From positions 14,659 to 78,658 of the forward strand of contig CAZKUD010000003.1 in assembly GCA_964555875.1 (NCBI GenBank): a stretch of 64,000 nt of DNA, given 5' to 3'. Each line of letters begins with the position of its first letter. Within the stretch, counting starts at the first letter, position 1. Below, one piece after another: positions 36,393 to 44,112 of the stretch. Origin of the DNA: an uncultured archaeon (lineage in GTDB: Archaea > Aenigmatarchaeota > Aenigmatarchaeia > QMZP01). Made by a program: the position numbers and the translations under genes. The notes beneath the pieces are model-generated. The model did no database searches. It was not told where the DNA came from and saw nothing but the letters and a program-made list of their open reading frames with translations.

Positions 36393-38667
36393 TGCTCATG
36401 AAGCTGCTTATGTCATCAGTTCCCTCTTCAGGCTGTTTTGCAGGCTCGTCCCCATAGAGAACCTGGTATATCTTGACCGCGCCGTTGTCGAATGTTTTTT
36501 CCACCGGAAGGCCGAAGCCGTCCATGAACATGAGGCTGGAGAACACGTTCCTGTAGGCCTCTTCCGGCACGTAGAATACGCCGAAGTTGGTTATGGCAAC
36601 GCAGCCCCCTATGTTGGGGGTCTCCGTCCCCAAGGTTATTATGCCTGATGTGGTGCAGACGTCATTGACATATGCCCTGGAAACGTACTGGTCGCCTTCT
36701 GATATGAGGAACATGGGAGTCCCGGAAAGGCCTGCGCCCTCGAAAGGCAGCCATATACTGTACTGGCCTGCCTTGAACTCATATATGGTCTTGTTGCCCT
36801 GGGGGTAAGTGCCTGTCTGCTGGAACTGGAGCATGCCTGTTATCTCGCTTCCCTTGCTGCCTATCTTGGATATGGCCCCGTACTTCCCTGGAAGAGTGTA
36901 ATCCATAAGTATGTAGTCCACATGGTACCTCTCCTTCAGCCAGCTCTCGCAGGTGTAGTTCTCAACCTCGAATTCGCATGTGTCATCGCTCCAGTTCCTT
37001 GCGTCATTCATGAACCATACTGCTATGTCATACCTCGGGCCGGCGCCCCCGCCGTCGCTGACAGAGGGCCTCTGACCCCTTGTCTGGAACCAGTATCCGA
37101 AATCCCACCAGGACAGTATGTTGGAATCTTCGGGGGTCTCGGTGGCCAGGAATTCCATGGACTCCTTCCAGTAGTCGTTGAACGAGGGGCCTATGGAATT
37201 TGAGTAGACATATGCGCTGCCGAAGTTCGTTATCAGGAGGAGGGACATATAAACAGCGCCCAAGACCAGTACGGCGTTCCTCATATGTCTTATCCTTGAC
37301 ACTGCCTCTTTCCTGGTCACTTGCCGGGCCTTGTCAATCAGCCAGGATATTGCAATGGCACCCGAAACAGCAGCCGCAGGTCCCAGGACGAACAGGAGAC
37401 GTATCATGCCGAAGACCAGGGCTATGCTGGAGATTACCCAGAGAATCACGAACACCATGGACCAGTCGTATTTTTTGGTGTAGAATATGTATGCCATTAT
37501 TGCGACGCTGGCAAACATGAATATGTAAAGGGAAACGTACTGGGACATGAACCCCAGCTGCGGGATTATTGACGATATGTACCCCGTGCCAGTCGCCGAG
37601 TATATGTCGGCCCAGGAGCCCCCTATCTGCTCAGCTACAGTGCTGGCTGCAGTCGCCTTTTCCATTGATACCATGATTATTATGCCCTGCAGCGTGCTGT
37701 AAGCGACGTCAGAGAACATGGTGGATATGAAGAACCCTACGGCCCCGATGAGGGCCATGGCAGGCACGAAATATGGCAGATGCTCCTTCTTTACCAGGCC
37801 GTACCTCTCCACCCCGTGCCTCAGGCCCATGATTATCGCGGTGGCGATGAGCAGAAGATAGGACATCTCGGTCAGGCTGGTGTATTTGTAGGGGAACACG
37901 AAGTATCCGACTATTATGGTTATGAACATCGGCATAAAGGTCGCAGTCAGTTTCTTTGAATGCTGGTTCAGCAGCAGGAGTATGAGGGCGAACCCTGCGA
38001 TGAGCATGAAGAATATCCTGGCGCCTCCCCAGGTCTGTGCCACGAAAAGCAGGGCCAGTCCGGATACTATGCCCGAGATTGCGCTCGACTTCCAGGACTT
38101 GTCCTTGTAGCCCTTCAGGAAGAAGTAAATGCCCAGCATGAAGAAGGGGGCAGACATGCTCTCCTTCTCGAAGAAGCCCGCAGAGGTCCTGGTTATGAAG
38201 GCAGGGACAGTGGCCATGAAGAACGCTGCCAGCAGGCCCGCCTTCCTGTCGTACAAAAGCTTGCCCACGAAGTAGGTGATTGCTACAGCAAGCGCTCCCA
38301 TCATGGCAGGGAACAATATGGCGAACTGCAGATATGTCATGCTAAGGCCGCCCATGACTACGTAGAGTATGGCAGGGAGGTAGTACAGGGTCGGGGGGTC
38401 GTAAAGGCCGGGCTTTGCCCCGAACGGGTGGTGCCTCATCAGGTCTATTTCTGGCATCTGCCAGCTGTTCTCCAGCACGTACTCGCTGATCCTGAAGAGA
38501 TAGAAGGGGTCTATTGCCTGGAGCTCCCCGAACCTGGCCGGGAGGGCCCTGAGCCAGAACGCGGACACGACTATCAGGGCAAGCAACACCATGTAGATGA
38601 CGGTCTTTTTGTCTGCCTTTGGCATGCTGAAACTGGGAGCGATTTTGGATAATGCTTTTATGTCCAT
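36370..38667 (-). CDS. aglB: Archaeal oligosaccharyltransferase AglB (STT3 family)
   Basis: Multi-TM N-terminal domain plus a WWDYG-type motif, seen as ILSWWDFGYWFQ. ATG at 38667 (MDIKALSK) is preferred; 38625 is an alternative. The ORF-track start at 38730 would overlap aglH. Confidence 0.85.
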   Translation of the reverse strand: MDIKALSKIAPSFSMPKADKKTVIYMVLLALIVVSAFWLRALPARFGELQAIDPFYLFRISEYVLENSWQMPEIDLMRHHPFGAKPGLYDPPTLYYLPAILYVVMGGLSMTYLQFAILFPAMMGALAVAITYFVGKLLYDRKAGLLAAFFMATVPAFITRTSAGFFEKESMSAPFFMLGIYFFLKGYKDKSWKSSAISGIVSGLALLFVAQTWGGARIFFMLIAGFALILLLLNQHSKKLTATFMPMFITIIVGYFVFPYKYTSLTEMSYLLLIATAIIMGLRHGVERYGLVKKEHLPYFVPAMALIGAVGFFISTMFSDVAYSTLQGIIIMVSMEKATAASTVAEQIGGSWADIYSATGTGYISSIIPQLGFMSQYVSLYIFMFASVAIMAYIFYTKKYDWSMVFVILWVISSIALVFGMIRLLFVLGPAAAVSGAIAISWLIDKARQVTRKEAVSRIRHMRNAVLVLGAVYMSLLLITNFGSAYVYSNSIGPSFNDYWKESMEFLATETPEDSNILSWWDFGYWFQTRGQRPSVSDGGGAGPRYDIAVWFMNDARNWSDDTCEFEVENYTCESWLKERYHVDYILMDYTLPGKYGAISKIGSKGSEITGMLQFQQTGTYPQGNKTIYEFKAGQYSIWLPFEGAGLSGTPMFLISEGDQYVSRAYVNDVCTTSGIITLGTETPNIGGCVAITNFGVFYVPEEAYRNVFSSLMFMDGFGLPVEKTFDNGAVKIYQVLYGDEPAKQPEEGTDDISSFMSISGEQPL

Positions 38668-38717
38668 AAGTATGTTGAATATATTGTCAAGGTTTTTAAA
38701 TATTCGTCTGAGGCCAT

Positions 38718-39743
38718 ATGGAATCCGCAATAATAGTAACCGTCATATCCTTCCTTGCCACGCTGCTGATAGCCCCGAAGCTGATGGCTTTCTTGAGGGG
38801 TTGCGGGATAACAGGGATAGACCAGCAGAAGAAGGGCAGGCCCCTGCTGCCGAGCTCCGGCGGGCTTGCGGTCGCGCTGGGTCTGCTGGGAGGCATAATG
38901 GCCTACATAGCCCTCAGCACCTTCATACTAAAAAACGTCATAGACCTGAGCCTGATGCTGGCCGCGTCAAGCACCATACTAATAGTGGTGCTCGTGGGGG
39001 CGCTGGATGACATAAACATCAAGAGCACCAAGAGGCGCGATTCATCCGGGACGGAGGAGTTCAGGGTGGGCCTTCCCCAGTGGCTCAAGCCCCTGCTGAC
39101 GCTTCCGGCTGCCATACCGCTGATGGCAGTCTCTGCAGGGGAGAGCCTGATAACGCCCCCCCTCATAGGCACCCTGGAGCTCGGGCTCGCCTATCCCCTG
39201 ATTGTGGTTCCCGTTGCCGTCCTATGCGTCTCCAACGCCACCAACATGCTGGCGGGCATGAACGGGCTGGAGGCCGGCATGGGGTTCCTGGCGTCGCTGT
39301 CCGTTGGCATATATGCCCTCCTTCTGGGAAGGGTCGAGGGAGCCATAATAGCGCTTGCCCTTTCGGCCGCCCTGCTGGCCTTCCTGAGATACAACTGGTA
39401 CCCCGCAAAAATGCTCCCAGGTGATTCGCTGACTTATCTGATAGGCGCAACATTCGTTGCCGCTATAATAATAGCCAACGTGGAGATGTTCGCCCTCATA
39501 GTATTCGTCCCCTGGGTGGCCGAGGCGTTCCTGAAGCTCAGGGGCAGGTTCGCCGTCGCCAGCCTGGGAGACCTCCAGCCCGACGGCACGCTCAAGTCAA
39601 AGTACAGGAATATATACTCCCTCACCCACCTGATAATGAGACCGGGGAAGTTCGGGGAGAAGCAGATAACCCTGGTTCTGATGGGAATCGAGCTTGTGTT
39701 CATCTTGCTGGCGTTCGCTGTCTACTGGTACAATATAATATAG
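38718..39743 (+). CDS. Polyprenyl(dolichyl)-phosphate HexNAc-1-phosphate transferase (MraY/WecA/AglH family)
   Basis: Multi-TM protein with NATNMLAGMNGLEAG, the archaeal variant of the NxxDGxDGL motif. It is divergent from aglB. Confidence 0.75.
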   Translation: MESAIIVTVISFLATLLIAPKLMAFLRGCGITGIDQQKKGRPLLPSSGGLAVALGLLGGIMAYIALSTFILKNVIDLSLMLAASSTILIVVLVGALDDINIKSTKRRDSSGTEEFRVGLPQWLKPLLTLPAAIPLMAVSAGESLITPPLIGTLELGLAYPLIVVPVAVLCVSNATNMLAGMNGLEAGMGFLASLSVGIYALLLGRVEGAIIALALSAALLAFLRYNWYPAKMLPGDSLTYLIGATFVAAIIIANVEMFALIVFVPWVAEAFLKLRGRFAVASLGDLQPDGTLKSKYRNIYSLTHLIMRPGKFGEKQITLVLMGIELVFILLAFAVYWYNII

Positions 39744-39748
39744 GATGC

Positions 39749-40072
39749 TTATCCGTATTCTCTCCAGCTGAACCTGCATTTGGTGCAGCGCAGGAAAAGC
39801 GTCGGGGCCTCGTCCCCTGACCTGGTCTGCCTTAGCCACCATATGGCTTCCTTGTGGCCGCACTTGGGGCAGACCGTCTTTGTCTTGGGGAGGACCTCCT
39901 CGTTCTTCTCTATGACGATTACCTCGTCCGAGGGCTTCTTCTTGACGTCCTCCTCTATCTCGAGGGGCTTGTAGTGCTTGACCTTATGGCCGCACTTCCT
40001 GCACACGAGAACCGTCTTCTTCTTCTCTTCCTTCGCCACGAGGACGGTCCCGCATTTCTTGCAAAAGTCCAT
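39749..40072 (-). CDS. tfs: Transcription factor S (TFS / RNA polymerase subunit M-like)
   Basis: Two zinc ribbons (CKKCG...CRKCG; CPKCG...CTKC) and the acidic loop QTRSGDEAPTLFLRCTKCRFSWRE. Confidence 0.85.
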   Translation of the reverse strand: MDFCKKCGTVLVAKEEKKKTVLVCRKCGHKVKHYKPLEIEEDVKKKPSDEVIVIEKNEEVLPKTKTVCPKCGHKEAIWWLRQTRSGDEAPTLFLRCTKCRFSWREYG

Positions 40073-40088
40073 TGTAATCTACCATTTC

Positions 40089-40613
40089 TTATCTTGCGAA
40101 CTTAAAACCTTTTCGGCCCCTCTTTTTCCGCCCGTATTCGTAAACGGCATACGCCGCTATTGCCCCACCCGCGACCCAAAGGATGTTGGGCAACAATATT
40201 TCCATCACCCCTATCTTGACCCACCCGAGCCAGGGTATTATGGCTATCTTCTTGCCGTGTATCTGCTCGCTGCTTATCCTTTTCTCGAAGGGCAGCTGGT
40301 TGGCGTTCGCGTCTCCCTTTGTCTGGAACGTGCCGTCAGGGTTTACCTCTATTATCCTGTGCACTATCGCCCTGCCGCTCCCCTCAGGGAAGAACACTAT
40401 CACGTCACCCTCCCCCAGCTGCTCGGGGAGCGTGCCCTGCAGTATCAGCAGGTCTCCCTTGTAGAACGTGGGGACCATCGAGTTGGATTCCACTGCCACC
40501 ACCGGCATGTCAGTGGCCAGGGCTATTCCCAGACCCTGGTTTATCAGGAAAGCCAGCGCTATCCCTCCCAGTATGTACAGTATCGTGGACACGTTTTCGG
40601 GTATCTTTTTCAT
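40089..40613 (-). CDS. Signal peptidase I (archaeal/ER S26B type)
   Basis: N-terminal TM segment, catalytic Ser region VESNSMVPTFYKGDLLIL and His region IVHRI. Confidence 0.75.
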   Translation of the reverse strand: MKKIPENVSTILYILGGIALAFLINQGLGIALATDMPVVAVESNSMVPTFYKGDLLILQGTLPEQLGEGDVIVFFPEGSGRAIVHRIIEVNPDGTFQTKGDANANQLPFEKRISSEQIHGKKIAIIPWLGWVKIGVMEILLPNILWVAGGAIAAYAVYEYGRKKRGRKGFKFAR

Positions 40614-41773
40614 AATCTAAACCGGCCGCGCTGCCGGAAGGCATCCTTCTCGGGGCCCCTGCTTCCCAGCCTGAACTGCCTGGACTTCTCGAACTTCTTT
40701 GAAACCTCGGCCTCGAACTTCTGCAGGACTCCCCTGACTGCCTTGGTGACGTCCCAGGCATGGTCGCCGGCAAAGAAATCGCCTTTCTGGGTTATGAGCC
40801 TCCCCTTGACGGAGTATTTTATCCTCTTTCCGTCCTCCTCGTACTTGTCCACATGAAGGACCATGTACTCTATGGGCACGCTCTTGCCCAGCTTCCTGAC
40901 CTCGTTCCTGAGCTGCTCGTCCACAACGGTCTTTATGAAGGCGTCTTCGTCCTGCATCCCGGAAACCGTCACGCGCACGCCGCTGACCCCCCTTGAGAGC
41001 AGCTTGAGCACCTGGACAGGTGTCACTATGCCCTGGAACTTGCCCTTCTCTATTATGGCAGTGTCCGCCCCCCTGTCCATCATGGACTTGACAAGCCTGT
41101 CTATGGGCGTGTCCGGGCCGGCCCTGACAAGGCCTCCCTGCATGATGCTCCTGGAAGAGGCGAGGACCTTTCCAGGCCTTCCTTTGTCGCCCCCGAGCTC
41201 GCCGACCTGCACCCTGGACTTCTTGTCCATCGTGGCCTTCAGAAGGTCCAGGGTGTCTATGATGCCCTCTGCCCTGTCGTCCTTGTCCAGTATCACCAGC
41301 CTGTTCGCCCCGGTCTGCCTCATTATGGAACGGGCCACGTCCAGGCCTTCGTCAGTGCCTATGCAGTAGGGGAACACCATCACCTCAGAGGCTGGCTTCC
41401 CTTTCATGTCCTGCTTCGGGACGAGGGACATGAGGCCCAGCTTGGTGACCATGTGGTATTTGCCGCCCTTGTACATGGGCACAGACTTGTAGCTGTTTAT
41501 CAGCACCGAGTTTATCGTTTCCCTTGCGTCAGCGTCCGGGGAGAACGGGCTTATCGGGTTTATTGCCGCCTTCAGGCTGGATATCTCGGTCTTGTCGGGG
41601 TTCGGTATGCTCCTTTTCACGAGGTCCCTGGACGTTATGGTGCCCAAATACTCATTGCCGTCCGCTATCACCGCTTCGTTCTTCCTCTTCCTGTACATTT
41701 CAGAGGCTACCTTTGAGACAGTGTCGTCCGGCCTGAACACTAGGGCCGGCTCCGCAACGTCAGCCAGATTCAT
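40610..41773 (-). CDS. Protein with tandem CBS domains and a C-terminal HPF/RaiA (S30EA)-like domain
   Basis: CBS-pair patterns repeat over roughly the first 260 aa. The C-terminal roughly 110 aa (VRVTVSG...IEYMVLHVDKYEE...KYSVKGRLITQKGDFFAGDHAWDVTKAVRGVLQKFEAEVSKK) follow the hibernation-factor beta-alpha-beta-beta-beta-alpha pattern by eye. Confidence 0.55.
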   Translation of the reverse strand: MNLADVAEPALVFRPDDTVSKVASEMYRKRKNEAVIADGNEYLGTITSRDLVKRSIPNPDKTEISSLKAAINPISPFSPDADARETINSVLINSYKSVPMYKGGKYHMVTKLGLMSLVPKQDMKGKPASEVMVFPYCIGTDEGLDVARSIMRQTGANRLVILDKDDRAEGIIDTLDLLKATMDKKSRVQVGELGGDKGRPGKVLASSRSIMQGGLVRAGPDTPIDRLVKSMMDRGADTAIIEKGKFQGIVTPVQVLKLLSRGVSGVRVTVSGMQDEDAFIKTVVDEQLRNEVRKLGKSVPIEYMVLHVDKYEEDGKRIKYSVKGRLITQKGDFFAGDHAWDVTKAVRGVLQKFEAEVSKKFEKSRQFRLGSRGPEKDAFRQRGRFRL

Positions 41774-41781
41774 GCTTTATA

Positions 41782-41982
41782 TTATACCCCGCTCTGCTTT
41801 ATCTTTTTCATCTCATTGACTATTTCGCCGGCAAGTATGTTCCTTATCCTCTTTGATTCTATGGGCTTGACTTCTGACAGCACCTTCTTGTTCTTGGCGA
41901 AATCAGTCCCAAACTTGCCTCCGTGCTCCTTTATGAGATCCTTTGCCATTGTCTTTACGGCGGTTGGTTTTACCCTTCCCAT
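41782..41982 (-). CDS. rps17e: 30S ribosomal protein eS17
   Basis: MGRVKPTAVKTMAKDLIKEHGGKFGTDFAKNKKVL...KRIRNILAGEIV is typical of archaeal S17e; 66 aa. Confidence 0.85.
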   Translation of the reverse strand: MGRVKPTAVKTMAKDLIKEHGGKFGTDFAKNKKVLSEVKPIESKRIRNILAGEIVNEMKKIKQSGV

Positions 41983-41983
41983 A

Positions 41984-42055
41984 TGGGGTAGGTGGGAATC
42001 GAACCCACAACACCACGATCTTCAGTCGTGTGCTCTCCCATTGAGCTACTACCCC
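41984..42055 (-). tRNA. tRNA-Phe (anticodon GAA), no intron, CCA not encoded
   Basis: Hand-folded cloverleaf: GGGGTAG TA GCTC AATGGGA GAGC A CACGA CTGAAGA TCGTG GTGTT GTGGG TTCGATT CCCAC CTACCCC A. All four stems are Watson-Crick. Confidence 0.9.
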
Positions 42056-42058
42056 GAG

Positions 42059-42217
42059 CGCCTTGGGAAGGAATTCCCGGCAGGCGGCCCAGGCCGCTTG
42101 CCCTTCGAACCTTCGACCCCACGGTTTCCGCCTGTTTCTTGTTTGGATGAAGCCTTTATGGCGCAAGCCAAAGGCTCCCTTAACAGCCGTGTGCTCTAAC
42201 CGCTGAGCTACCAAGGC
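42059..42217 (-). tRNA. tRNA-Asn (anticodon GTT) with two predicted introns: about 55 nt at 37/38 (42126-42180) and about 31 nt in the T-loop at 59/60 (42073-42103)
   Basis: The exons join to GCCTTGG TA GCTC AGCGGTTA GAGC A CACGG CTGTTAA CCGTG GGGTC GAAGG TTCGAAT CCTTC CCAAGGC G, a perfect cloverleaf. Intron boundaries are ambiguous by +/-1 nt. Confidence 0.75.
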
Positions 42218-42240
42218 AGATATCTAATATTCGTTGCTGA

Positions 42241-42251
42241 TTATTTAAATA
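42241..42251 (-). promoter_or_regulatory. TATA-box-like element upstream of the tRNA-Asn/tRNA-Phe/rps17e unit
   Basis: TTATTTAAATA lies 24-34 nt upstream of tRNA-Asn position 1 (42217), the spacing expected for an archaeal promoter. Confidence 0.4.
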
Positions 42252-42266
42252 GTGTCCGGGGGGCGG

Positions 42267-42863
42267 TCAGACGAGTTCCCATCTCATAGTGCCTATCCTG
42301 GCCCTCAGCATGGAGACGTTGCCGAACATCTCTATCCTGTCGGGCTTGAATTCCATCCTTCCGAGGAAGTTGCCCATCTCCAGCGTCCCGTTGTCGGTGG
42401 TCATGTTGGGGACTATCTCGAACCTCATGCCTGCCAGGGAAAGGGACGTTATCCTCATGCCATCAAGCACTATGCTCTCCATCGGCAGGGTCACCTTCAG
42501 TGATGAGCCCTCCTCTGAGAGGGTCATGGTGTGGTTCAGGAAGTCGGCGCCCATTGTCCCGGAGAACCCTGTCACTTCCGTGCCGCCGGCAGACAGGTCC
42601 ACGCTCGACTCGGGCTTCAGGGAGAACTCATCCGGGTAGAGGATTACCTGCACCGTGCTGGAGCGCGCCTCAGGCTGTTCCAGGAACCCCCCGAAGGGGG
42701 AGCCGCTGAACCAGCTGCTTATCTTCTCTATTATGCCTGACAGCAGGCCCCCGATGCCGCCTTCGCTTGTGCTGGTTTCCCCTCCAGCGGGGCCGCCCAG
42801 GAAGACAGCTGATATGACTATCAGCGCAGCGAATGACGCGCCCAGTATCCTCCAATCTAACAT
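42267..42863 (-). CDS. Hypothetical membrane-anchored/secreted protein
   Basis: N-terminal TM/signal-like segment (ILGASFAALIVISAVFLGG) followed by a Gly/Ser/Thr-rich linker and a beta-rich domain. ATG at 42863 is preferred over 42896. Confidence 0.45.
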   Translation of the reverse strand: MLDWRILGASFAALIVISAVFLGGPAGGETSTSEGGIGGLLSGIIEKISSWFSGSPFGGFLEQPEARSSTVQVILYPDEFSLKPESSVDLSAGGTEVTGFSGTMGADFLNHTMTLSEEGSSLKVTLPMESIVLDGMRITSLSLAGMRFEIVPNMTTDNGTLEMGNFLGRMEFKPDRIEMFGNVSMLRARIGTMRWELV

Positions 42864-42904
42864 GATATCACTACCTTTATATTGGAGAAATTTCAATATA
42901 AACT

Positions 42905-44080
42905 ATGTTTGACCTCATGCAAATAGGTAACGAGAGCTGGTTCTCCTGGATTCTCTGGCTGGTGTTCTTCATGGTGTTCTTCCTGTTCTATCCCAGGATA
43001 ATGACCTCCCAGATAATGTGGAAGATAGAGAGGTCTGCCAAGATGCTTGAGGGCATGTCAAGGAACTCCAAGAAGTTCATACTCAAGGAGATGGGAGGGG
43101 GCAAGTCCGCCGCGACCCGGGAGGCAGTGGACAGGTTCTTCGAGTTCTTCATGATAGAGCCTGTAAGCGCCGACCCCTTCGGCATCATGCAGAAGCTGGA
43201 GCATCTGGTGGTCGAGCAGAAGGACAGGTTCAGTTATTTTGTCAAACACAATACTTCCCACATGGACGAGGAGAAGATGGCCTGCCTGGAGATGGGGCTG
43301 GCAGGCGGCATATCTGTGCACATGATAGCCAAGGTGGTCAGGCACTACGTGGAGCTCGTCAGGAAGACCAAGAGCGTCCAGATAGCCATGATACTGCAGA
43401 TGCAGCTTCCCATGATAGAGAGGATGGCCAAGGCCATGTACAAGGGGACGCAAGCCATGGCGAAGGGCCACCCAATAGGCGACGGGATAGGGCCGATGGT
43501 GGCAGCCGACCTTATGGAGAAGAAGCCTAAGGAGATGGGCGAAGATATAATGGTGTCCAGGAGGAAGGTCAGCGGAAGGAACGTCTTCATACTGAAGGCC
43601 AGGGGGCCCGGCGGCAGGCTGGGGAGGCCCGGGAAGGCGGTCGACTCCCTTGTGAAGAAGCATAAGATATCAAGGATAATATGCGTGGATGCCGCAGCCA
43701 AGCTGGAGGGCGAGAAGACCGGCAGCATAGCCGAAGGCGTGGGCGTGGCCATGGGAGGACCGGGAGTGGAGCGCTCATACATAGAGAACATAGCGGTCAA
43801 GAAGAACATCCCCCTCGACTCCGTGATAGTTAAGATGAGCCAGGAGCAGGCCATCATGCCCATGGCAAAGCCCATAAAGGACGCCCTGCCCCACGCAAAG
43901 GAAGGCATAAAGAGGAGCCTGGCCAGGGTCAAGAAGGGTGCCTCTGTCATAATAGTGGGCGTGGGCAACACCAGCGGCGTTGGAAACGGGCCAAGCGAAG
44001 TCAAGGCGGCAGCTGCCTGGGTCGACAAGTACGACAGGGTACAGAAGCTCAAGAAGAAAAAGAAAGAGAAACACGACTAA
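42905..44080 (+). CDS. Conserved archaeal membrane-anchored protein of unknown function (possibly DUF1512-like)
   Basis: N-terminal TM segment (WFSWILWLVFFMVFFLFYP), a soluble domain and a Lys-rich C-terminal tail (KLKKKKKEKHD). The family assignment is from memory only. Confidence 0.45.
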   Translation: MFDLMQIGNESWFSWILWLVFFMVFFLFYPRIMTSQIMWKIERSAKMLEGMSRNSKKFILKEMGGGKSAATREAVDRFFEFFMIEPVSADPFGIMQKLEHLVVEQKDRFSYFVKHNTSHMDEEKMACLEMGLAGGISVHMIAKVVRHYVELVRKTKSVQIAMILQMQLPMIERMAKAMYKGTQAMAKGHPIGDGIGPMVAADLMEKKPKEMGEDIMVSRRKVSGRNVFILKARGPGGRLGRPGKAVDSLVKKHKISRIICVDAAAKLEGEKTGSIAEGVGVAMGGPGVERSYIENIAVKKNIPLDSVIVKMSQEQAIMPMAKPIKDALPHAKEGIKRSLARVKKGASVIIVGVGNTSGVGNGPSEVKAAAAWVDKYDRVQKLKKKKKEKHD

Positions 44081-44112
44081 ACTTGTTAAAGCTGGGGTTC
44101 CATTATTTCTCT

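Noticed and set aside
39978-40856. 292-aa plus-strand ORF spanning the signal peptidase and CBS genes in antisense
   Set aside because: It is antisense to two well-supported genes and has no recognisable motifs. The high-GC third-position pattern of the real genes generates long open antisense frames.
41984-42217. tRNA pair as an integration site bounding a genomic island
   Set aside because: No integrase, no direct repeat of a tRNA 3' end and no mobile-element gene was seen on either side within the window. The flanking genes are housekeeping genes.
42059-42217. Alternative readings of the locus as a tRNA pseudogene or a split/permuted tRNA
   Set aside because: All three exon pieces are co-linear and in order, and they reconstruct a perfect cloverleaf with intact conserved nucleotides. 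Two introns is therefore the simplest reading, though it remains unverified experimentally.
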